From the NCBI GenBank assembly GCA_964270895.1, contig OZ185450.1: a stretch of DNA of 64,000 nt; one strand, given 5' to 3'. This DNA is from Podarcis filfolensis (Eukaryota). Each line of letters opens with the position of its first letter. Position 1 is the stretch's first letter. Below the pieces are notes generated by a model. The model searched no databases. It worked only from the letters and a program-made list of their open reading frames with translations, and was not told the origin of the DNA. Position numbers and translations under genes: made by a program. Below are positions 1-10,930 of the stretch, piece after piece.

Positions 1-858
1 TGTACTATTGCAATGTTTGTATGTCACTTTGGGTCAGTTTTTGTGAGGGAAAGTGACTAATAGATTATTATGATAGTGGCAATGCTGCTGGTGCTGCAAT
101 AAAAACAGCAGCAGCAACAACAACCCCACCCACAATCACAACACAGTATTTCCACACAATTATGCATGCAAAGTGAACACTCAAAAGTGCTTGCTATACT
201 ATTACTTTAGAACACAGCCTGGTAGTGCATCCATTAGATTTACACAGCATTTACCTTTGGATACCTGCCCAAATCATCTATTAAATCCTCTTCTAAGCCA
301 CCTCTTATGATTTCTCTTAACATCTGCCAAGCAACTTGCACCTGCTGCAAGACTGAGGTGGAAGTGTTTCAAGGGAGTTATAAAAAATGTGTCTTGCATA
401 TTTCGGCCACAAGGAGGCAGTCTTGCAGAAAAAATATTGTCCTTGATCTCTGTGTGTGTTTTAAACAGGCTGCAGTGTTCAGCAGCCTCTATGGATTCTC
501 TTAAATCCCAGGCAGGCTCGTCTGGAAAGAGGTGCCCAGCAGGTACTAGTGTGCCAAGGCTTCATAGGCTTAAACCAGCATTTTGAATTAGGCCCAGAAA
601 TGCAGGACAAGTGTTTCTGCTTTGGAATTAAAAAGACCCATTTCATTCCCCTAAAAACTGGGTTGTTGGGGATGAGCATTCTGACCTTGGACTGCTAACC
701 CCTCACCATCAGATGTTGGGGTGGCACTCTGCACATGGGCTGAGATATTCTATTTACTAATATGACTAATAGCTCCGGGAGCAGAGTGCTGTCATGACAG
801 ACAAGCTCCTGGGGCTTAACTCTCCACAGAGATGAGGCTCTGCACTGACTCCAAATCC

Positions 859-2064
859 TTTTTTAAATTTTTCTAGAAATCATTTTTATTTGGTTTTACA
901 AATACAAAGTTATAAAAATCCAAATATATATCCAGAGATTCCTCTGAATCTCAGGACTTCCCCCAACCCCCTCCATTCGGGTCCCATTTTGAACATTTAG
1001 AACTGCATATTCTTCCATACTCTAATTTTTATAACAATCCATATTATCCATGGTAATTGTTACACTACAAGTGAGATAAAAATCCTGCCAATGTTTCAAT
1101 CTGCTTACAGTGATCTCTTAAGTGACTTTTTTGTGGTTTAACTTGTTTTATTTCACTTTGCAAACAAAGTTGTCTTCAGTCCAGCTGGACTTGTGTAGGA
1201 GCAGAAATTGAAACCCAACAGAAAAGCAGCAGTAAGTCAGGAACACAAGGATTACAGGGGACTGAACTCAGCTACAGAAGGAATGGTTGATTGTTAAGAC
1301 AAAGGACAGCTGCCCCCAGTCAGAGATGGTGATCTTCTTGCTTGTCTTGCCGTTCCTTGACCCAAAGCGCTCCATTGCTTCCACAATATTCATTCCTTCT
1401 TTGACTTGGCCAAAGACCACATGTTTCCTATCCAACCAGTCAGTTTTGGCAGTGCAGATGAAGAACTGAGACCCATTTGTATTGGGACCAGTATTTGCCA
1501 CAGACAAGATGCCAGCACCTGTGTGCTTGAGGATGAAGCTCTCACCAGCAGACTTCTCACTGTAAATCGATTTACCACCTGTTCCATTATGACAAGTAAA
1601 GTCACCCCCCCCCCCGGCACATGAACCAAGGAATGATTCTGTGGAAGCAGGACCCCTTGTAACCAAAACCTTTCTCCCCAGCGCTCAAGGCACGGAAATT
1701 CTCTGCTGTCTTTGGAACCTTGTCCGCAAACAGCTCGAAGGTGATGCGCCCCACAGGCTCGCCATTGGCAGCGATGTTAAAAAACATGACCGGGTTGGCC
1801 ATGATGGTGGGAATGAGTTGAGTAAAGGAAGGGGGAGTTTTTAAAAAGAAAACTGGCGGCAGTGGCAGTAACAGGCAACACCAGCGACAACCCCTCTCCA
1901 CACAGTAAGGAGCGCAGCACAGCAGAAAGCCTCTTAAGAAACTTATAAATTTTCCCCATTCTTTTATAATTCTTTTGTCCTCTTGGTTCCTGAGTTTTCC
2001 AGTCAGTTTTGCCATTTCAGCATAGTCCATCCGCTTGGTGTGCCATTCCTCTCTGGTAGGAATT
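859..2064 (-). mobile_element. 5'-truncated L1-clade LINE 3' end (ORF2 C-terminus and 3'UTR), split by a PPIA retrocopy
   Basis: The minus strand reads [44 protein letters not shown] (2064-1931) and resumes as DHCKQIETLAGF left of 1115. This is homologous to the ORF2 tail of the L1 at 46929-47507. AATAAA at 885-890 and an A-rich end near 859. Confidence 0.8.
1127..1930 (-). pseudogene. PPIA: Processed pseudogene of cyclophilin A (peptidyl-prolyl isomerase A)
   Basis: Intronless. ATG at 1802: [39 protein letters not shown]...[22 protein letters not shown]...[12 protein letters not shown]. Frameshift in an 11-G run (1605-1615), native stop lost, many non-conservative changes. 3'UTR with AATAAA at 1147-1152, short polyA at 1127-1132, 14-bp TSD with 2 mismatches (1115-1128 and 1931-1944). 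Confidence 0.93.
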
Positions 2065-2127
2065 AGTATATTAGTACAGAAGACGTTTATATTTTGTTAT
2101 GACCAAGATGGACTTTTGACAAAGAAG

Positions 2128-2163
<36 letters not shown>
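2128..2163. repeat. (TTGA)9 microsatellite
   Basis: Direct reading. Confidence 0.95.
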
Positions 2164-2164
<1 letters not shown>

Positions 2165-3928
2165 ACTGCTTTGGCTACAAGGCCATGAAAAGTTGTAGGA
2201 ACTTTCCTACCCACTCATTTCCAACAAATCTCTAGGGTGAGCCAAAGTGGCTTCTTGTAAGTTCCAAAACCCAACCTGCCACAATTTGTATTGGTCTGGA
2301 CTAACTAAGGAGTTTGCTGTGGTTTCAGCTTTTCCATTTCCTTATTCCAGCAGAGTGGATTCAGATTTATGAGAGCCATGAGCAATTATATGCATGCTCA
2401 CTGTGAAGGAAGCCTCAGTGGGAATTATTCCTAAGTAAGCATGCATGTCATTGTAACCTCAAACCTTCCATGTGTCCTATAAAGCCCACAGTTCATTCAT
2501 TTCCTTTGTATCCCACCCATCTTCCTTCCAAGAAGCTGTAGCTCAGTGGTGGAGCATCTACCAGGTTCACCCCTTGGCTTTTCAAGGCAAGTTGGGAAGC
2601 GCTCCTGTCTGAAACCCTGGAGAGCCACTGCCACCACCCCTTCCGTCCTTCCTCTTATTCGTATGCCGCTTTTCCACACACGAAAATCGTGCTCAAAGTG
2701 GCTCGCAACAAAAAAACAGGGATGGATTTCAGACAAAAGCTACAAAAGTAATTTCATAATAAAGTAGCAACAATTTCATAACATAGCAAAATAATAATAA
2801 TTTCATAGCAAAACAATAGCAGAAACACCAAAGCCCACATTCTGATACTGTAAATATAAGATTGCTTAATGCAGCACCCAATAGCAAAAATAACAAGGGA
2901 GCTTCACAGTTTCACCTTCGTTCTAGAAAGACCCCTCCCATGATGTTGCTTAGTGTCCCTCTCCTGCAGCCACTTGCAATACTTCCAAGGGCTGAAAACG
3001 CTCCTTCCATGAGGTTACTCCCCCAGTCAGGGCAGGCAGTCCTGAACTAGATGGACCAATGGTCTGGCAGCTTCCTATGTTCCTAATCCCAGAGTGGTGG
3101 TCTAGCCTCGCAAGAAGTCCTGTGAGGTGGGTTAAGAGACAGTGACTCCCCCCAGCAAGCTTCACAGATGAACTTTGGGAAGTTCTTCAACATCCTCTGA
3201 TCATCAGCAAGGGGACAGTTATTACTGTGTTCTTAATAAGCATCTCACATTAGGGTAAAAGCAAATCCTAACGTGAATGGCTTCTTGAAGTATTATCAGT
3301 AGTGTGGTTTGCTGATTATATTTTGCAATCATTATTGCTCATTTGTGTTTATGAGCCAAGAGGGTGCCTCTATGGGCCAGAAAGTGTCATATCACTATTT
3401 ATATAAATAGGCCAAATACTCTGCCACACTGCACCACCATGCGCTTAACACCATTTTTCTGTAGCCTCTGAGAACTGCAAGGGAATGCCAGTGGAAGGCT
3501 GAACCATATGGTCAGAAAGTCAAGAGCAACAGATGACTCCTCACTTACGATCTCCTCACTATGATCTGGGTCCCCGCATGCATAAGCGAAATGTGTGTAA
3601 GCGGGGAACTAGGGCAATTTAAGAGGCATCAGAAATACCTTTTTCTTTTACAGTGTACCTTTGTCTCCAGATTGCCAGAAAGAGCATGGAACAGGGCAGC
3701 CAATCCTGCTGTAGTACAGCTTCCCATCCAACCCCTGTTGAGTGAGGTAGCATGGCAGTAGCAGGTGCTCCCAAGTTTCATTTTGGAGCCCATAAGTTCT
3801 TTGTTTAAAGCATTTTAAATCTTTATTTCTAGACTTTGGACTCACTGGCATCCGCTTTGGGCTCTAGGAAGGGTCTCCTTGCTAGCCAAGAGGACTTTCC
3901 AGCTCTCCTCTGCCATTTCCAGATTTGA

Positions 3929-3968
3929 GTTTGTTTGTTTGTTTGTTTGTTTGTTTGTTTGTTTGTTT
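3929..3968. repeat. (GTTT)10 microsatellite
   Basis: Direct reading. Confidence 0.95.
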
Positions 3969-4315
3969 CCTGGTGCATTAGTGGGGGGGTGCCTGTATTC
4001 CAGCTTTTGGGTCTAAAGGGCCCTCAAAGCATTGAGCAGAAAATGGAAATCCAATCAAAAAGAAGAGTAAAGTAACATATAACAATAAAAATACAGCTGA
4101 TCAGAGCTTCACAATCTCTGATCCTGTCTGAGGTGGGCCTTGGATGGAGGTCTGGAGAGATTCAGGAGCCAGGAACTAAGGGCAAGCAGGAAGTCAGGTC
4201 AGAGAACACAAGAAGCTGCATTATACCAAGCCGTTGGCCCATCTGGCTCAATGTTGTCTACACTGGATAATAGCAGTTCACCAGGATTTCAGGCAGAAGT
4301 CCTTCCCAGCCCAAG

Positions 4316-4387
4316 CTGGAGATGGCAGGGGTTGAACCTAGCACCTTCTGCATGCAGAGCAGGTACTTTACCACTAAGCTACAGCCC
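4316..4387 (-). mobile_element. tRNA-derived SINE head (one of many; similar copies near 2535, 7405, 16430, 16835, 22215, 22605)
   Basis: The minus strand reads gggctgtagcttagtggtaaagtacctgctctgcatgcagaaggtgctaggttcaacccctgccatctcc, with degenerate A-box and B-box. It recurs across the window. Confidence 0.7.
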
Positions 4388-7300
4388 TTCTCCAGTTAAG
4401 GAATCAAACCCATAGAGGAATCTGGAACAGGGGACAGTGGAAGCAGTAGAATAATCCTAGACTAAAGAGCAAGACCAGATAACACAAGACATGATGCGAG
4501 AGATCAAGAAGAGCTTGTTGCTCAGGCAAAGTTCTTTTATACGCCTTCATTCCATGATAAGCTGTAGTGACATGGCTCGCCACATGGGGCAGTGGTGAGC
4601 AGTTCCTGAGAAGATTCGCAGGCCGTTGGTGGTCCACAAACTGCATCCAGGTGGTCTGCAGAAAGATTGCAGATCAGTCAGGAATATGTGCAGTTTGCCC
4701 TGTCCTGTCCTTTATTATTATTATTTCTTCTGATGACACTTTGCTCAGAAAGAAGGTGCATCTATTGCAATAGAAAAGCAAGACTATGATTATATTATGA
4801 AAACATGAGTTATATATGAACTTTGATTTGCGGAACAACAGAAACATTTATTAAATGGTCTGCTAAGACTCCCAGAAGTTTTCAAGTGGTCATTGGGAGG
4901 GGTGGAAATGAGAATGGCTGCAATAGATCAGTCATCCATCAATCAATGACCTTCCCATGTGCTCACAGGTGTCACCCAGTACACTGGTAATGGATCTTCT
5001 GAACCCCTTCCAAAGACACAGATGAACAAAAGAGGTCTTGCCAATAAATGGATACCAAAAGATGGGTCCAACTGAGGAACCAGTAACTCTAGTATCCTTG
5101 TTTCAGTCCCAGCAAAGCTGATCAGCAAGATAAATGGTGGATCACGGCTGGACATCTCAGGTTGCACATGTCATCCTCCTGAACTACACTCCCTGTCAGA
5201 GTGTGAGAAGGTCATTTCCCCCAGCTGTAAAGCAAACATTCACAATGTGTATTACAGGTGAAAGAGGGTAGCTAAGCGGTTGAGCAGATTGGGGAGGCAG
5301 CACTGTGCAGGCCACCCAGCCTGCGGACCATCTAATCATTTTGACAGCTGGCCATGGGTCTTAATTTGCTCTCCAGAAGCTGGGGGCAGGGGCTGGAGCT
5401 TGGAGAAGGTCCTGCTGCAGGGCAGCGTGATGGCAAAGTGCTCTCAAAATAATACCTTTGGTTTCCTATTGCTTCATAAATCTTTCTTTTGTGGCTGCTA
5501 CGGGGATCCAGGGGTCGAGTTATTAGAAGGCTACTGAAGTTTCCTAAAGATGTGGCTCAGGATGCAAAACTGGCCGCTGGGGTGGGGAAGGGAAGGGACC
5601 GTTGCGAATTGTTAGGGGGTGGACAGAGTCCGCTGAAAGCATTCCACAAAATGCCTGCCTAATATACAGCATTACAAAATGAGCTCGTCGAGCTGGGATC
5701 CCAGCTGGTGTCAATCTGCATGCCTTTTTTTAAAAAAGTAGTTTTTAAAAAATATTTTTCATGTTACAAAACAAACAGATAAACAGGGAACGGTACACTA
5801 TCACCTCCACTTTCCATTCATAAACGGTTTTTTCACAGTTCATTTACCTTTAGTGAAAGACTCTTTTGTCTTGGACATCTTGCAGTTGGGGGGATTATTC
5901 TTTCGTTCTGTTGTCTAATGTTAGTGTAGGGGTTTGTAGAGGCTACAATTGACATTGGACTTAAGTCAAAGGACGCTAAGTGAGCAGGGATGCCCCCTTC
6001 CAGATACCTTAAACCAGGAGTGGGGAATCTCAGGCTCAAAGGCCTTCCCATCTGGTCCTCAGAACTCTCCCTAAGGCCCTTTACTGACCCTGCATTTCCG
6101 GGGTTCTTGAGGGTTCTTGCCTGCTTGGAAAGTGTCAGAGAATCATAGAATTTGTAGAGTTGGAAGGGATTCTTGCATGTCTGGATGGAGGATAGCTAGA
6201 GAGGGACATGTCCGTGTGGCAGCCCTCCACATTTGTTGCACCACCACTGGCATGTGGTCCTTGGATGCCCAGAAAGGGATGCAATCCTCAATTCCCCACA
6301 CCTAATAATAAACACAATAAACTAGAGCACCTGCAGTTCAATCAGTTTGTGCATCTCATAAATCAAGGCTGAAAGTGACCCATTCCCTGTCTCACTGGAG
6401 TGCTATCTAGCCCAGGTATGGGGACCATTTGGCCTTCTAGATGTTACTGAACTACAGCTCCAATCAACCCTGGCCTGTGGCCATGCTTGCTAGGGCAGAT
6501 GGGAGTTGTAGTTTAACAATATCCAGAAGGTCAAATGATCCCCACTGCTGTTCTAGCCCCTTTAAGCCAGAAGTGGCTTTTAGCTGGGCAATCTTATTTA
6601 TATATTGCATTATAGCCCTCCTTTTGGGGGTGTATGGGGAGTTAGGGGAGGGGTTGTCCCTCTAGTGGGGAACACATTGTGCTCCTTCTGGGGTATTTTG
6701 TCCACCTTTTGTCCTCTCACCTGTGGCTCCTAGAAGCTGCCAGATGGGGCTCATCCACCTGGGAAGGTCACCCATCTAAGAGAAGGAAAACTCTGATCCT
6801 AAACATCTCCTGCCTTGACCTGCTTGGTGTTGCTGAAGTACAGCTCCCATCAGCCCCAGTATGTGCAGTGCCCAGTGATGATGGCGACTGAATTTCAGCA
6901 GCATCTGGCAGCCCAAAGGTTCCCGACACCAGCACTACTGAAATAAATGGGAGCACCCTGGGATCACTGCTGCAGTGAGACAATGGCCTCGTCTCCTTGT
7001 CCCTCTCTGCACTGCCCAACCCAAGCCTCTTGAGTTCTCTTGGTTCTATTCCCACTTCCTTGTGGAGGAAGAAAAGATGGCAGTTAACGATTAGAGACCA
7101 AGGTTTACGTTTTGGTTTTATCATGCCCTTCCTCCAAGGAGCTCACATTCTACCTCACCCCAGCAGCCTTGTGAGGTTAAGTCAGGCTGAGATATGTCTA
7201 TGATCATCCACTGATGATCGATCCACTGTGATCTTCCCATAGGGGAAATAATAACCTTTTACTTAGACAAGAAAGGGTTTCCAGTCTTCCTTAAAATATT

Positions 7301-7588
7301 CTAAATTTGTATCTTTTAACAGTTCCATCCATTTTGGCATCTCTGCAATATGCCAAGATTTTGATCAGGTGATCATATCAAAGGGGATTGTGAGTTGGGC
7401 CCACCCGTACCTGGAGATGCCAGAAATTGAACCCGGGTCCTTCTAAATGCTAAGCATGTGTTCTGCCACTGAGCTACAGCCTTTAAGGGGGGGCAACTAC
7501 CAGGACACCCTTGACCTCTCTCCTTCCTAAGTAAGGTTAGGGTCAAATTGCACTTCCCCATGATCAGGGGAAACACAAAGGGCCAGGC

Positions 7589-8074
7589 TGTCAGGGATGC
7601 AGCAGCATGAAGAAGCAAAGGCAGTTTTCAGTGCTCAGTCAACTTTTTATTCAAGGAAATGAACATACAGCTCAGCGACTTCCCAGTAGGTCTTGCCCCT
7701 GTGTAGCAGTTGTCAGGACTGACGGTCCCTGCTTTCTAGGGCTCCTCCTCTCCCCAGCAGCCTCAAACAGCATCTGAGCATCTTTGGCCTCTGTTCCACT
7801 CTCCTCATTATTCTGTGTGTTCTTGGAGACAGGGCTGGAGGGGAGATTGTCACAGCAGGAGAGGGAGACTCCCTGGATTCCTCAGCAGTCTCTTGTTGCC
7901 CCTCCTCTGCTTCAGCCTTGGAGTCTGAACTGCTCCCTTTCACAGGTTCTTCCTGCTCCCGAAACTTTGTTGCCCCTTCAGCATCCAGATCCTCCTCTCC
8001 ATCTTCTCCCTCTGACCTCCCCTCAGTGTCCAAATTGCAGAAATTGGCCTCTTTGCTTATAGTGACCACTGACA
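7589..8074 (-). mobile_element. LTR-like repeat, copy 1 (486 bp)
   Basis: TGTCAG...CTGACA terminal inverted repeats, minus-strand AATAAA at 7646-7651, near-identical second copy at 13116-13570. Stop-free 120-codon frame 8075-7713. No clear TSD. Confidence 0.7.
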
Positions 8075-8243
8075 CATGGCTTTAAAAACAAAAAAAGGAG
8101 GAGACTAATTTGCAAATGCTGTATATGTATGCACATTTAAAAATGATTGCTACCCTACTGAGTCATACAAAATAGAATGTTCTCTCAGGGAAAAAACAAA
8201 CTTAAGAGTTACAAAGAAATCTGCTGCAAAAGGCTTCCACTTT

Positions 8244-10930
8244 TGACGACTCAGTCACTGCAACCTGAAAGAGCCATAGCACAAACAGTTTCATACAGAA
8301 CACAATACAGATTTCCTCCCTAGCCAAGCAAGGGATACTCACCTAAATGCATGTCAATCATGGAATACCATCTCGACTAAAGCAGCACTGTCCTAGTGCT
8401 GGTGACTCTCACTGCAGGGTTTCTCTTGATGTATCAAGAGCTCTTACTCACATTGCATCTTTCTCGTCAACTGAACAGATCTGCTTCAGGTACAGTGAAT
8501 TCTGGGAAGCCTGAAGAAAGGAGGAGCTGGAACAAAAGAAGAAGTGCTCTCCTACCTCAGGTGAGTCTCATTGTGGTGACACGGAATAGGGCCTCTTCTG
8601 ACGACTCAGGCACCGCAACCTGAAAGAGTCTTAGCACAAAGAGTTGCAGATGGAACACAATAGCAGGGGAGCGCAGCTCTCGTATACCCTTGACCGAAGA
8701 AAGGTACACTCCTCCAATCTGGGATGGTCGTCCTCTTCCACCGAGTGCACCGCTTCGGGAGGGATGCACATGGAGCGGTGAGGGATACAGCATAATCCAC
8801 CCCCTTAACGCATTTGTCAGTGAAATCATAGGCCATTATTTTAGAGTTATTCCTACCACAGCCACGTTACCTATTGGTGATAGTTTTGCCTGCCCTGTTG
8901 TATAGTTTGTCCGTTTCCCATTGATTATGTAATCTTGCCATTGCTGCTGGAAAGGCCAGTCCTTTCAGTACAGCTCTACTCACTACAGTGCTTCTCAAGC
9001 ATTCGTTCTCCCTCCACTGGAATCCTCCACTTGCAAGACACACTGGAGACATATTCCAGAGTTCAAGGCTCCATTTTGAGATGGGAATATACAGAAAGGA
9101 GAGACCTGTACAAAAGCATTGCATTGAAAAAGATCACTGAGTAGTCTTCATCCAAAGACTAATTAGTTTGTAAGGTAAATAAAACGTTAAGACTTTAAAG
9201 TGTCTTAGCACAAGAATTGCAGGTGGAAAAGATATTTTCTCTCCAGCCAAGCACAAAATACTCACCTAGAAGCCCTTCAGTCAGAATACATGCAACTGCA
9301 TTGTTACTTTAATTATGATGTAGCGTTTCAAGTTTACTTGTTAGGTGTTTGCACTTGTCGCCACTTCTGACAAATCAAGAGTATTTAAAAGTTACCTTCC
9401 TTCAACTGCAGCGCTAGTTTCCAGATGGGAAGTTACTGGCAAAGGAAGCTGACTGCTAGATCTGGTTTTTAAATTGGTATTTTAAATATATTACCTTCAG
9501 TGCTAGAGGATCCAAGTTTTTTGTATAGAGTCAACGCTTTGTGTTGTCTCAGCAATGAGCTAAATAGCTGTTCCTAGAAGATGCTTAGCGAAAATAAAAT
9601 AAAATCCAAAATCCATGGTTATTACCACTAGATAATCACGTTACACATCAGGGGTAATTTTGTCTGGCCTGTTCCATAGTTACCATTGAGCTCCATTTCC
9701 CAAATCTTTTTGTAATCTTGCAGGTTCTGCTGGAAAGGCTTAGTGGAGTTGATGTTCTCGTCTGCTTCCTCATTTGATCCTCACAAGAACCCTGTGAGGT
9801 AGGTTAGGCTGAGAGACAGAGAGCTTCATGGCAGAGGGAGGATTTGAACTCTGGTCTCCCAGGTCCTAATCCACCACTCTAGCCACTCTCAGGAACTTCC
9901 CTCAGAGAAAGCACTTTCCCACAGGATCCTGGACTTGCCATGTCCCTGAGCAGTCCCTCTCCAGTCACCATCACCAGATTCATCCTCAAAATGCCTTATT
10001 TGCCTATTCAGCAAGTTTTTAACTTACCTGTCTTTCTCTCCTTCCAAGGCAACCTGAGCAAACATGAAATCAGAAGGATCGGTTTTGTCCTCTCCCTGTC
10101 TTCTTTGCTCTTTTTTTTCTCCACATGCACATTTCTAGCTTCAGCCACCAAAAACTCAAACTTTCCATTCATGAAATGTCTAGTTGGCTTTTCAAAGAAA
10201 AGCCTTCTATTTTCCCTACTCATTCTCCCACGGCTTTAAGCAGACTTCATATCCATGTACCCTTTCATGTGCTCCTTCTTTTCATCCAAATACTCATTAT
10301 TTTGAAAGGTAAATAAAACTTGATTCCCCCCTTTACATACCTTCATTTATCTTTATTTTCTCTTGGCTTTTCCAGTCCAGTATTTTTAATTTTCCTGGTT
10401 CTCTTTAAAATCTCCATCTTGGTATTTTTTTTCAGTTTTCAGTTTAAATTTTGCATGGCTAAACTCTTTTTGGGGAACTTTCTCAAAGTCCCTCATCAGT
10501 CTACAATTTACTGTCCCTGTGTTATTAGGATTAAGTCTTTTTTGATCTTCTATTTTTCTTCAGCTTCCTTCTAATTTAAAAATTAATGCCTCTCCTAACA
10601 CTTTTTAGGGACAAATACCTGACTAAGATATATTCGTGCAGTATTTGAAATCAACCACAGCAGAGATCACATATGAAAATTACCTGTGTCCCTTTTTAAA
10701 GTTGTAAACAATGAATTTCAGCAGAGTGAAATCCCTTCATATACTCTAAAAAAAATTCCCAATGGTTTTGAAAAGCAATCTAACCTAAACTGGTTTCAGT
10801 TGCCCTTTCAAACCTGTTTCATCTTCCCCAGCCTCCCTCTCCTAATCCCTCTGCCCATGAGCTCCTTCAGCTCCAACCAGTGAGAGGGCTAAAACCAGCA
10901 TCACAGCCAAGGACAGGCTCACTCACCGGA
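8244..10930 (-). other. Array of duplicated exon/intron-like modules (candidate pseudogene remnant or spliced antisense lncRNA)
   Basis: Repeated ~64-80 nt modules at 8244, 8599 and 9197, plus paired modules at 8914/9696 and 9147/10281. About a dozen consensus-like minus-strand donors and three CAG|GTTGC acceptors. No continuous ORF could be assembled. Confidence 0.4.
8661..8785 (-). pseudogene. RN7SK: Internal fragment of 7SK snRNA (about nt 95-217), retro-inserted
   Basis: The minus strand reads tccctcaccgctccatgtgcatccctcccgaagcggtgcactcggtggaagaggacgaccatccc...tcttcggtcaagggtatacgagagctgcgctcccctgcta, matching the recalled vertebrate 7SK central region. No 5' hairpin start, no 3' hairpin, no polyA or oligo-T. 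Confidence 0.9.

Noticed and set aside
4404-4655. Acceptor-preceded 80-aa ORF with a hydrophobic tail
   Set aside because: No credible donor (only GCGTAT), no recognisable homology, and not phase-compatible with the neighbouring exon candidates.
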